Notes under the pieces: generated by a model
Database searches by the model: none
What the model saw: only the letters and a program-made list of their open reading frames with translations
What the model was told of the DNA's origin: nothing
Shown here: piece by piece, positions 40,754-55,918 of the stretch
Layout of the letters: each line of letters starts with the position of its first letter
How positions within the stretch are numbered: the first letter of the stretch is position 1
NCBI RefSeq assembly: GCF_009914755.1
Contig: NC_060937.1
Source of the DNA: the human T2T-CHM13v2.0 reference genome, Homo sapiens
Strand: one strand, 5' to 3'
DNA: 64,000 nucleotides
Position numbers and translations under genes: made by a program

Positions 40754-41983
40754 TTGTGGGGGGGATGTGGTCTCATTCCTACTTGCAAAAATCCTCCAGA
40801 AGGGGTTTTCAAAGCATTGCACAGCTGTTGCTTGTCAGCTTCTTGTGTTGACTAGATGTCAGCAACACTTCCTCAACTTTGGACAATGACTTGAAAGCAA
40901 GATCAGTGTGTGCTCATGGGATGGATTTAAATGGAATTGAATGATACAGAAACCATTGCCTAATTTATATTTAGGTAAGTCATGTTTTCTTTCTCTCTCT
41001 CTTTAAATTTTTCCTGAAATGCATGTATGAAGCTCTTTTTGGCTAAAATGAGAGAATGAAGCAGGCTCCTGAGTCCTTGAGTGAAGAGGATCCATTGAGA
41101 AGTCCAGAGGGAGAGAGAATGAGCTTGATTAACGGCAGCACAGGATTGGCAGGAGTGATATAAAATAGTACATCATCTCAGAGTGACCTAATACTCGACT
41201 TTGGAATGCATTTTTATTTTTGGCAGTGGATTTACCTCCCTGTGTCCTGCCTGGACAAACGTTGGAATTAGTCAGCATTCCTTAAGCACATGCTGATTAT
41301 GGCCAAAGAAAGTGGCAGGCTTGAGGCTTGCTGGCGACCAGGAGAAAGCCAGCTGGATTAGACATTTGCCGTGAGCCTTTTGTTCATGTAACTTATGGGG
41401 CAGTCTCCTAAGCCAGAGAAACAAGAAACTCAAAGGCAGTTTTAGCAAGGTTCTCATGCATGGCAGCATATTTTAATACTAATGCTCCCTTTAGGCAGGC
41501 CCTAAATAAGAATGTCTTGTTCTAATTTTTTTCCGTAGACTTAAGATTGTTGGGAAAAAACTTGTTAGAATTCCCAAGTGAAACCATTTAAATGCCTTGG
41601 CTTCTGATAACTGGGAGTCCTGAGTGAAGTTGTCAGTTGCTGCTGAACTCAGCAGAAATAATTGCGCTCCCTATGCCAATGATCTGTGCATATTTTGAGA
41701 CCATTCTGAGACCAAGGAGGCTATCACAACATGTTCACATTGCTATCGTTGATTAGAGCCCTGAGCTTTACATGTTGTCTCCTGTGGTGTCCTTCGGAAT
41801 ATTGGAGAGCCATGCCTCTTTCCTTTCAATGTTCTCAACCTGGCCCAGCCAGGATTAGAGGCTCCCTTCTGAGGTTCAGTAGAATTTTATATTTACCCTT
41901 TATCATTATTCACCTTACTGTATTGCACTTCTCTGTCTACAGTCTCCAGCATTCCATTACAGTGCTAGGACTATGTTGGCATT

Positions 41984-42790
<807 letters not shown>

Positions 42791-43955
42791 TGTTGAAAGA
42801 AGGAATGAATGAAATGAATGAATTCTGATAGCTGGAAGCACAGCAACTAGCTTTTTTTGTAGCATGAGTGAGAGAAGGTATTGAGTTCCTTATTGAAGAA
42901 TGCAGTTGCAACAGTTTATCACTAGTGAGCTGCTTCTTGGTAACTATAAGACATAAGCAGACAAGAAACAGCAAGAAAGGAAGGAAGGAGAAAAGAGAAC
43001 GAGAAGGAAATCATTATTTTGGACCGATTTCCGGTGATGGTTTCAAGAAGTTCTCCCCACCCTCCAGACTGCTGTCATTTACAATTGCTAGAGAACAAGA
43101 GCTGGGAGCCTCTCCTTGGTTCTGCTCCTGTGGCATAGCCATGGGGGATGCAGAAGGGCAGTGGTGCCCAATAAAGGGAATCCCCGTCAGCTTTGGTTTT
43201 AGTTTCCAGAGATTGAGCCTCTGCCTTAGGCTGAGAGAAAAACTTAGTGTGAGTCTTTATTTGCTCCCTTATAATCACAGGCACATGTGGCACCTCCTCC
43301 CCCATCTCTGCCCCACCTCTTCCAACAGTGAGATGCATTAGGTGTGGAAAGGAAGCCTTCATTTCAAAATCTCCTGGCTGCGGTTAGCTTTAAAAATCAA
43401 ATGGAACTGTGGTCGTCTGTGTTTAATTTGGAAGAGCAGAAAGGATGCGTGCTTTGTGGCGCCTGCATAGTGAAAGTCTCCATGACTTAATACCACTGCC
43501 CAGCCTTAGAAGCTTCCCATGCAGACAATGGCCCTGCTTCCCCATCAGTTCTTGGGCTTGGGTGCCACCTTATATAAACATTGCTGCTTTTAGTGCATCG
43601 CAGAAGCAAAAGGATGACACATTAATAGCAGCTGGAGGATCTCATTAAAATTCGGAGGAAAATATGAAGGCTGGAGCCTGGTAATGTACAGACAGTAAGT
43701 CTTTGTCTGTCTGATTAACAATTGCATGTATTCTAAGTGCCTTGCTGGATGGTAAGAACCAGCATTTCAGCCAGAAGTACCATGTTCTTCTCCTTAAGAA
43801 TAACCTATTTCTGTTTTTCAATTCCCTTATCCCCTCTAAAAATAATATGCTGGTCTTTTGGACTCCCTTGAGAACTGAAACAGCTTAGCAACTGGGGCAG
43901 TCCCTGAGAGCTGGTGCAGAAACAACTGTTGCTAGCTTGGATTTGAATTATGCAG

Positions 43956-44050
43956 TCAGATGCTTACATCGTGGGAGGGGGATGTACGGGGTGTGTGGCC
44001 TTCAGATGCTTACATCGTGGGAGGGGGATGTACAGGGTGTGTGGCCTTCA
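43956..44050 (+). repeat. 46-bp tandem duplication (2 copies)
   Basis: TCAGATGCTTACATCGTGGGAGGGGGATGTACRGGGTGTGTGGCCT twice, with one mismatch. Confidence 0.95.
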
Positions 44051-47000
44051 TGCCAGAAAGGACAGGGAAGCACTCCCTGGTTGGCGGGAGGAGGGGAGAT
44101 GCTGGGGTTGAGGCCCTTACCTTTATTTATGTTGTTCACTGGTACAGCCAGACTGCAACCTCTCAACTCTTCAGACAAGACCTAAGGCCGACAAAATTCA
44201 CTCCCTCATGAAGAACATTGGGCTGTTTCTCCCTGGTGTGTAGGTGGTGGGAGTGAAGTAGAGGGGCTCGCTGTGTGCAGGGAAAGGGCTGCATTCTCAA
44301 GAATTTGTATGTAGCCCTTGGACTAAAAACAAAATATTCCAAAGGAATGCTTCTTTTGGAACCCTGGTCCAGTCCCTCGTCTAAGCAGGAGTGCCCTTAT
44401 ATGCTTGACTGTGGATGGCATCTGATTACGGGCAGAAGGTTGCACTGGATTGCTGCCTGATGCGGACCCACAGAACACAGTTTAACTCTGGCTCTGTCAG
44501 CAGTCATCAGTGTTTATTTTTCCAACTCTTCAGAGAGATATTAGTCGTTATGAAAAGTGTACCATCTCAGAACTCCATGGAATAAGCTGCCAATATAAGA
44601 CAGGTTGAAATTATTGTGTCTTTTTGCCTAGAGTTATTTTTAGTTATTTTTTCTTCCTTGGAATTTCTTTTCTTTTTTTTTTTTTAACCATATATGCTAA
44701 CTTTGTAGCTGGTGGCAAAAAAAGATTATTTTCCCTATATTAATGACTTCTTCAGCTGAATTGAGGAATAGGGTTACCAGCTCTTTTCTTGGAGTTTAAC
44801 ACTCTCAATCTGATAATATGAATAACACCTCAATAACCACAACAAGAGCGGATCATCTTCAGTATCTTTCCTGAATTACCTTTTGGCTTTTCACCACCTT
44901 GTTTGTCCGTTTCAGAGTTTGTCTTTCTGTAAAATCATGGGAAGGCATCTGATTACTTTGTTCTTGATGTACCTGAGTAATGCGAACATCTGAATAATTG
45001 AACAAAAATCTTGTTTAAACAAAACTTTTGTTTCAGAAGCATCTGTCAAATTGTTAGTCATCTGACAATTTAAAATGTCAAAGCAAGAGTTGGCTGATCT
45101 TAACCTTAGCCTTGTCACATTATTAACTTCATGGAGCTTCAGAGTAACTTGAGAAGACTTGCAGTCTGTACCTGAAAAAGCCAGGTTTAGAAAGTGGCTC
45201 ATGAAGAAGTAAAACCTCTCAGTCAAGTGGAATGTGCAAGGGAACCCCTAGGAGCATTTTGGCATGAACATTTCTTTTGAGTTTCTAGCCCAAGACCTCT
45301 TTATAACATTTGTTCCTCTCCCAGGTCCTCCTCCTACTGCCTCTAATTTTTAAATAAGTTCTGTTTAACTCATTTTTGGATAATAAGCTAGCTCTGAGAA
45401 AGCTTGGTAGAACTATTTTCACTGAAGGAGTTCTAAAACTGATCATATCTCTTGTCATCAAATTATAACCTGACTGTTGCCTGTTATCTGAAATTCTAAG
45501 ATAGTGAAGAGAGTTATTTTACTTTTTCTTGTAGGGCCCTTCTGTCATTACTTCCTTGCTAGAATCCTATGTGTGATAATGAGGGAATGAAATTATCCAA
45601 AGGGTAATTTGCAGTATGCATCCTACCCAGCAGTTGAAACTACTGCAGCGAAACTGCAAGGAAACCTAACCCATGTTTTCTTGTAATGCTACCCTTTGGG
45701 GGTCATGCATGCTGCTTTCTGCTCCAACAGTCTTAACGTGGGAATTGGGGACACTTACTTTTTGACCTGGAACAAATCTCTAAGACTCGTAAGCCACCAA
45801 TTGATTCACCTTTTGTAGCAGGGCTTGTATGACAAACTCTTTTGTGAGAACAAAAGGAAAGTCCCTTCCCTTTTTGCCATTCTTGTTCTGTAGATTAATT
45901 AGCAAAGACGTAGTGGAGAAATGTGTCACTTGCAAGACATTTCTGGCACGGAGTGGACCAAGTGGAAATGCTTAAATGTGTTGCAGGGATATCAAAGGGA
46001 CTGAGCTTTTGGAACAAAGAGGAACAGAGCCCAAAGGACAATTGGTACAAATTACACAATTTTCAGTTGGTTCTAATAAAGTTCTAGGAAAAGGGGCTTA
46101 TGCACAAAGGCTGAGCTCTTGCCTCTGTTGTTCTTCAAATCCAAAATGTCATTAAAATACTAGTAGTGGTTGTCATATTTTAATAACATTTTGGATTTGA
46201 AGTGTGTAGCTGAAACTTACTCTTTGTTAATGGATGTATCACTGGGTGAGCTTCTAGACTGCCTCACCAATGGATCTAGCATTACCTTGGTTAATGAAAT
46301 AAGGTAAAACACAGTCCCTGTGTACCAGAAAGCAGGTTCATGTGTCAGCTGCATCATGTCATTTGGAACTTTGCAGGTGTGGTTTTCCTTTGCTCCTTCA
46401 ATCTCCTCATTTCTTTCATTGCCTGGATGAAGCCCCTGCAACAGGAGAGCTTTTGCCTCCTCTGCCTCACCTCAGCCCCCTAGACCTCTGTGTGCAACTG
46501 GAGTATGGTGTTAAGTGAGCCTGGAGCAGTCTTAGGAAAAGGCTTCAAGTGAGGCTAGGTGGGAAGGCCTGGGACAGAAATAAATTCAAAACAACAACCA
46601 AAGAACTGATAGGTGGAATAAAAGAAGTGGGACAGAAAAGATTCAAAGGTGGGAATTGAAAGAGAGAGGTACAGTAAGAATAGCTGGCGTCCAGTGAACA
46701 TGTACAGTGGACCATGCACAGTTCCAAGCACGTTCGATTTATTATTTCATCTAAGACTCACGAGAACTCTATAAGACAAAGGTCTGACATTCTCATCCCC
46801 GTGTTAGATGTGAGGAATCTGGAGCACAAATGTGTAAGTAATTTTTCTGTTGAGAAATGGACCTATCAGGGGTTGAACCCAAGCAGTTTGCCTCCAGTTA
46901 ATGTCCTTCGCCACTTTATATTGAACTGAGAAAAGGCGGGACAAAAGTCACAACCAAAGGTGGCTTTGGCCTTCAGAATATTCCACCTACTGCCATCAAT

Positions 47001-47061
47001 ATTCCACCTTCTCAAGCCCACATGCTCCTGTTTCTTTTTTTGTCCCCCCGTTCCATAATTA

Positions 47062-47418
<357 letters not shown>

Positions 47419-47703
47419 TCATGATCTTGACAATTTAAAAAACCTGATTGCTGTTGCAGTAGGACTGTTTAAAAAAGGAAAGAGAAAAATATATTTTTAA
47501 AAATCTGAGCATGTTGAAAGACACAAAGGACCTTTGTTACAAGTCACTCCTACCAATGGAAGAACAACCGTTGCTCTCATCTTTTTTTTTTTTTTTTTTT
47601 TTTTTTGGTCATTTCATCTCTCCAGTGGCTGAGATCAATAAGAGATGCTCTATGGTTGCTTTTGAGTTCCTTTGGATGTCTTAATGAAGGGATGAACATA
47701 TTG

Positions 47704-47860
47704 TTTTTTTTTTTTTGACACAGGGTCTCATTCTGTCACTCCCTGCTGGAGTGCAGTGACACAATCTTAGCTCACTGTAGCCTTGACCTCCCGGGCTCAG
47801 GTGATCCTCCCACCTTAGCCTCCTGAGTGGCTGGGACCACAGGCACGCACCACCATGCCC

Positions 47861-47903
<43 letters not shown>

Positions 47904-48030
47904 TATTTTTAGTAGAGACGGGGTCTCAACATGTTGCCCAGGCTGGTCTCGAACTTCTCAGATCAAGCCATCTGCTTGCCTCGGCCTCCCAGAGTGCTGG
48001 GATTATAGGTATTCGCCGCTGTGCCCAGCC
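47704..48030 (-). mobile_element. Alu (AluJ-like) with T39 linker
   Basis: Antisense dimer. T run 47864-47902. TSD ACATATTG. Confidence 0.9.
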
Positions 48031-48912
48031 ACATATTGCTTTTGATGTAGTTAAACAGTTAACTGCTACCAAGCTCTTCACAGAGGTTACTGGGCTCAGG
48101 AATAAAAAGGCTTCTACTCCAAATCTGGTAGCACCTTGCACCACAAAGACTTGCTCTCTCAGTAAGAAAACAAATGGCAGTTCTATATATAGTCAAGAGT
48201 GGAGGCAGGAAAAGACTACATTTCTGAAAAATGTGTTCCCAAGAAATCCATGTTAATCAATGTCAGAGACCATCCAGTTTTTATATATTGCAGTCTCAAG
48301 AAATATTCTGCCACAGATTCTCTAAGGACTGATCATAAAACACAAAACCTTTTTATCTTTTGTAAGTTTGTCAGTTCTAACATTAAATGCTTAATTTTGA
48401 CAGTTACCAAAACAAGTCGATTCTAGCTTTCCTTTTTTAAAGTTTCAGGTGAAATTTGCTATAATCTCATGTCCATCCTCATTCAGGCATGCTGAAAGCA
48501 CTAATATTCTGTTTGCTTTTGAGTGCTAAAGAAATATAGCCCATGAGATTACTGGCCAAATTGAAAAGAATGAGGCTTATTGTACCAAGATATCTTTCTT
48601 GATAAATTAAGTCAATGATCTATTTCCTGCACTAGAGGTCTTGATTGGGTATGTCATAGCGTAATTTTGTTTGCCTTCTGAGGCACACCTATTCTCTTGC
48701 TCTTTAACTTGGAAAGCTCCTAACTCAGAAGCCACTCTGTGAACATATGGCTCCAAAGATTGCTTCAGATTCCTGGCTGCCTGTGCTAATGTCAGTACTC
48801 ACCTTTGGACAGGATATCTAATTTTTAGATTCTAGACAGTTGAAAGTAACTAACCTCTCTAGGTTTTTCTTCTGTTTCCTAGAGTAAATGTTATCAATGT
48901 GATTTAATCTGA

Positions 48913-49243
<331 letters not shown>

Positions 49244-49539
49244 TAATATTTTCTCGATATGTTTTAGAGGTGGTATTTTATAGGCAGTGGTTAAAGACTG
49301 AAAACTTTAACCACTTTAAACTCTGAAATTCTAGGCAATGGGATTTGTACTGAAAGACATAGGATAATTATGACACTTCAATTATAGTCCGTTCAATTCA
49401 CCACTGGGGTGGTTCTAAGTTTAGTTCATGGTGGCTTTCTCCCAGGAAATCTAAAGTACTTTACATATATAGCTCCATTGTTTCTCATAGCATGCAACCT
49501 TAACCCAGTGTTTTCACATGTGATTTGAGAGCTCGATAC

Positions 49540-49690
49540 CCAAATTATGGTCCATGCACCAGCAGCACCGGCATCACCTAGGAGCTGGTGGGAAATGCAG
49601 GCTCTCAGGCCTCACCCAAGGCCTCATGAATCAGAGTCTGTATTTTAACAAGATTTCGGGTGATCTGTGTGCACATTACAGTTTGAAGAG
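49540..49690. mobile_element. MER5A-like hAT-Charlie MITE
   Basis: ACCAGCAGCACCGGCATCACCTAGGAGCTGG...GAAATGCAG...GAATCAGAGTCTGTATTTTAACAAGAT. Confidence 0.8.
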
Positions 49691-50523
49691 ATAAGACACC
49701 AAAGTTAACTATTTTTCCTGTTATCACATGGCAAGTAGATCTCCAGTCCTGAGTCTGGGTTGCATAGCTTGTGATGTTGATGTTGCAAAGATGCAGGTGC
49801 CTTCTTTTCCCATGATGATGCAGAGCCCCCTCAGCTCCTGTTGGAGCCTGTGATGGTCTCTACACTCCGTGTTTTTCTTCTTAGGCTCTTTATCTGTACC
49901 TGCGTTGCTTTTGTCCCTTAAGGTTTTGTCCCTTTGATTTCCTCTTAAGTGCTCTGAACTTAATCATTTTTTGTTTCTTAATTTTAACATGGCCATTTCA
50001 GTCTGATGACAGTTTTATAATCAAAACCCACATGCAATCGATTAATAATGTTTTATAAAGCAACAGTTGCTACGAAAAAAAGTGGATCTTCCTGAGATGA
50101 GGCTATATGTAAAATATGGATGGAATTTGTATGCCAATTGGGAACTGATGGAGAAATGTATTTTGGTCTGACATAAAAGTTCCTTTCTCAAACTACTTTC
50201 ACAACTAAGCAATGAAAGAGCAGAGAATTCTCAACTTGCTTCACTACTGGAAAGTAAAGGGAAATTTATGGGGGTAATAGTGACATTGAGAAGTAGTTCT
50301 TTAAAGAACTGCATTTTTCATAGGTAACTGGAAACATTTCCAGCTTTGAAAATGAACAGATATCTTTTTCTCTCATGTTTAGTAAGGCATTAGAAATGAG
50401 TAGGAACAATTTGGTAGAATTTCTTACCTGTATTTCAAAACATGCTGAGTCTACTTGTTAAGTAAGATGTTTTAAAAGCATTTGGTCCTTGGAATTCTGC
50501 TACTCATAAGAATGCATTTCTAG

Positions 50524-50806
50524 AGCCGGGCGTGGTGGCTCACGCCTGTAATCCCAGCACTTTGGGAGGCCGAGGCGGGCGGATCACGAGGTCAGGAGAT
50601 CAAGACCATTCTCGCTAACACGGTGAAACCACGTCTCTACTAAAAATACAAAAAATTAGCCAGGCATAGTGGTGGGCGCCTGTAGTCCCAGCTACTCGTG
50701 AATCTGGGAGGCGGAGCTTTCAGTGAGCAGAGATCATGCCACTGCACTCCAGCCTGGGCGACAGAGCGAGACTGCATCTCAAAAAAAAAAAAAAAAAAAC
50801 AAAAAA
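50524..50806 (+). mobile_element. Alu (AluY-like) with short right-arm deletion
   Basis: CpG-rich left arm with GCTAACACGGTG. GCTACTCG is joined to TGAATC. TSD AAYGCATTTCTA. Confidence 0.92.
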
Positions 50807-51641
50807 ACGCATTTCTATAACCTGCACCGATTTTGTAGAAATTAGTGTGATCTGAAGCTAGTTGTCCTGAATATGCTTTATGTAAATATGTGTGGCTCAC
50901 TCAAGTAATTTTCATTCTTTAGATTACATCTCTCGATCTTTTTGGATGTAACTGGATTTGCTGGAGTTAAGAATGAACGTTGTCATTCCCCCTGCCCACC
51001 CCCACCTTCCTCGGCTATTGATGTAATAAATGTAATTACGGTACTAAGAAATCCTTTCCAGCTGAAGGAACAAACCACAAAGTCTGTGCTTTAAATCTTT
51101 GTAATTTTTTCTTTCCGTTTAAAATCTAAGCCATATATTCAGATTTGGGCGTGCTTTTTGCAGGTGTCTATTTTTAGAGCTTTCCCTGTTTTGTAATTTC
51201 CCAGTTCTCAGTCATGAGTATTGGGGAAAAATGCACATTAAAATTGGTTTTTACTTTTGTTTTATTTTAAAATTTGTTTTGAGTTTTATAACTTTAAAAG
51301 CCTCGTGCATTCTTTTCACAGCTTCCAGCCCCAGGAACATGGCAATGGAACATGTTTATTGCCAGTCTAGCATCTAGAAAAAGCTAACTCCTGGATGACA
51401 CAAAGTAAATGATTGCAAAAAGAAAGAGAGAGAGGAAGAAAGGATGACAGGCAGGGGAAAGATCAGGGGGTCTGACCACAGAGGTGGCGCATTTTACTGA
51501 ATTAAGCATGATAGTTGTTGCCCAGGAAGGTCTCACAGAGGGCCACATGTGGGGTCAGAGGTTGCCTGTCACATGTGGTTGGCAGCCAGAAACAGCCATA
51601 GCAAGGCTGAGGGGAGCATCATTCATTTTTTCATTCAGTTA

Positions 51642-51946
51642 GGTTTTTGTTTTTGTTTTTTGAGACAGGGTCTCCCTCTGTCACTCAGGCTGGAGTGCAG
51701 AGGTGCAATCTTAGCTCACTGCAGCTTCCACTTCCCCAGGCTCAAGGGATCCTCCCACCTCAGCCTCCCGAATAGCTGGGACTATAGGCACACGCCACCA
51801 ACACCCAACTGATTGTTGTATTTTTAGTAGAGATGGGGTTTCGCCATGTTGCCCAGGCTGGTCTCAAACTCCTGAGCTCAAAGCAATCCGCTGGCCTCAG
51901 CCTCTCAAAGTGCTGGGATTACAGGCGTGAGCCACCATGCCCAGCT
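51642..51946 (-). mobile_element. Alu (AluJ-like)
   Basis: Antisense dimer. TSD TTCAGTTA. Confidence 0.9.
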
Positions 51947-53825
51947 TCAGTTAATGTTTATTGAGTTCCCTCCCTGGGTTAAGGAATGATACTTCAGCTT
52001 TAACAGTGAGGGGTAGGCGCCAGGATCAGGTCCTGGGATGTGTGGCTGTATTTTTCTGGCATGAGCAGCTTTCTCAGGCATTGGTTCTTTCCAAGCAGGA
52101 AAGTTTATTAGAATTTTGCACAGATGCGGTTCATTTCACCCAGGATTTTGTCTTAGTTTTAGCAGCAGAGACAGTGAATCTCACTGGGTCTTAATCAGGA
52201 AAAGGAGTTGGCCGTTAAATGACCTCAGGAGTGGCTTCTGGCTTAGACCCTGGAGATGCCGTGTGGTTTGCTAAGGATCAACTAGCTCATGACAAATACT
52301 AGAAGAGACTTAATAAATCTGGACCTTTCTTTACCAATCCAAGTTGCTTGAGTTGTAAATGATGTAAAAATAGCACCCTACAGACACTAGTTGTTCAGGG
52401 TGAAATCTCTTATTTCCATTAGCCCTGATTCTAGAGAAGAGTGGAGAGTTGGCCTTAGGTGCCCTCTTTGTCTTTGACTGTATATGTGGCACACTTTCTT
52501 CAGCCAATGGAATGGCATACGTTGTATGCCATCTGCAAGAGCCTGATAAGTTGCATTACAAATAGAGTGTGCAAACAATAGTACTGATTAAGTGACAAAT
52601 GTTGAGGCCTGGGAACTGATTTTTGGCACTGACAAATTAAGGCAGATTAGACAGCCTTTCAGGACACTTTTGATAATGCTACGTGTATGTGAAAGAAGAA
52701 GGTATCAGAAAAAACTTAATAGAGTTTCTTAGCAAGAGTACTGGAACATAATTGTGGATGCCTAAGAGGAAGTGTTTGAGTCAGGAAAATTTCAGTTGTC
52801 CTGAATTGATGAACGAGTCTCTTTTTAGTAAATGCTTCTTTTAACGGTCATGGTTAGTTAGGACTTAGAGACAAATTACAGAGTAGCTTATTGTTATTTC
52901 TGTTGTTGTATAATAAACTTTTGGAGATGAACTTCATTAAATGCCCCTGGTCTGGTTTTGTTGGTGAAAAGCTGAAATAAATCTATTGTTGTTAACATCT
53001 GTGGTGATATAGACTTGAAATTATAATCTTAGCATGGGTTAGAGGAGCTGTGAGAAACAGTGAAAATTCATATAGCACTTATTATACACAGTGTATGAAA
53101 TTAATAATCTCTGCATCCTCCTCCCAATTGCTGAAATTATTCTTACGGTTTCCATTTCATTGTGGTACCATAGAGTATGTAAGGGATGCTGGGGCTAAGA
53201 CTATTAGCATTATGGGAATATTTAAATATAATTTAATATGAGAAAAATCAGAGGAATGTGCAAACTCTAGGCTGTATTTCTCCCTAATGGGTAAATCCAG
53301 TCATATATCTCTGACAGAATTGTAAAAACACTGAGTTATTTGATCTTTCCTGACTGACTTATCTTGGAGTCATTTATATTTATAACATGCTGTGCACCAA
53401 AGCATGAAAAGCAGAAGCATACAGTTTCGCTCTCATCTGAAGTAATAAAATATTTTTTATTTACATAGTCAATCTGGGATAGATTATAGTAGAAAACCCC
53501 TACAAATCTGAGATACTGAAAGTGGTAGCCGTTTTCAGAGATAAATAAGTAACCTATTAGCCTGATTAGATGTCTTTGCTACTCACATGGTAAATAAGGC
53601 GTAACTTTGCTTGTTTACTCCTTTAAATTTCCTTATAGATGTACTTACTTTCTTTTTATATGTTTAAGGTCTTAGTAGAATTTCATCCCTTCCTCCAGCT
53701 TTTTATTGTATAAAATGTTAAATGTGGAAAAATTGAAGAATTTATGTAGCATAGCACATCTGTATATCTACTACCTAAATTAATTAATTAACATGGTGCT
53801 GTATTTCGTTTCTCTCTCTCTGTCT

Positions 53826-54128
<303 letters not shown>

Positions 54129-54251
54129 TGCATTTGCTTTCTCTATTTGTGTGTGTATATGTGTATGTGAAGGTATGCGGATGTGTGTATATATATATAT
54201 ATGTTTTTTGCTGAACAGTTTGAGATTAATCAGGGTAAGGAGATGTCATGA

Positions 54252-54554
<303 letters not shown>

Positions 54555-54819
54555 TAAGTTCTTGAGCATCTGTTTCCTAATAGTAAGGGCATTCTCGTAC
54601 ATAAAGACACTAACATTTCAAAATATGAAAAATGAACGATAATTTTCTCATTATATCTGGTATCCAGTCCATATTTAAATTTATCTAGTTGTCTCCAAAT
54701 TGTCTTTTATGGCGATTTTTTCTTCCTAAATTCAGATACACAGTGCTCATGCATTGCAATTCATATTGTAGTCCTAAACTCTTTTATGTTTAATCTAGCA
54801 TCTAGAACAGTTCTCTCAC

Positions 54820-55124
<305 letters not shown>

Positions 55125-55741
55125 TTTTTTTTTTTTTTTTTTGACATTGACTTTAGAAAGAGACCAGGCCACTTGCCTTGGAGGACATCCCACATGGAGG
55201 ATGTGTCTGATTGTTTCCTGTTGAGGCTGTTCAGTTTCTCTCATTCATGATTTCCTGTAAACTGGAAGTTAGGCCAGAAGTTTGGAGTTTATTAGTTCAG
55301 TTAATCTTTTTTGGGAAGATGAGGTAGAGGAGATTAAGAAAAAGTCAGTGTCATCTTCGCAGAGTGATTTTTCTTAAAACCCTGGCCTCTGTGATATTGA
55401 GAAAGTCACAATATTGGAAGGTGACACTTGTCAACTTCTGATTAGAGTCTCTTCCTTATTTTAAAAGACATGAACTAAAAGTTGACTGGGTTTCCTGTCC
55501 TCCCCCCTTCACCCTATCTCTTTCTATCTCCTCTTCTTTGCTCTTCCATGGCCATGAGTATGTGCCACTAATAGGACATTTTCTTACAATGTGGCAATTT
55601 CCTTGTATACGTTTATGTCTAGCCCACCATTCTATGAGCTGCTGACAGCAGGGAGGTGTTGCTTTTTTTGTGATTTCTTGAAACCCAATATAATTCAGTG
55701 TTATCACAGGCCAATTTATTAACATTTAAAACTCTCTTCTT

Positions 55742-55918
55742 GGCCAGGCGTGGTGGCTCACACCTGTAATCTCAGCCCTTTAGGAGGCTAAGGCAGGAGG
55801 ATCACTTGAGCCCAGGAGTTTGAGGCTGCAGTGAGCCATGATTGCAGCACTACACTGCAGCCTGGATAACAGAGCAAGACCCTATCTCAAAAATAAAATA
55901 AAATAATAAATAAATAAA
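55742..55918 (+). mobile_element. Alu monomer (FRAM/AluJ-like)
   Basis: Single arm with GAGGATCACTTGAGCCCAGGAGTTTGAGGCTGCAGTGAG and an A/T-rich tail. Confidence 0.8.

Noticed and set aside
43937-44211. Repeat-plus-unique pattern as a CRISPR-like array, or a peptide repeat gene
   Set aside because: Only two directly adjacent copies with no spacers, in mammalian intronic DNA.
51476-51490. CCACAGAGGTGGCGC as a second CTCF site
   Set aside because: The 5' half is out of register with the consensus by one base.
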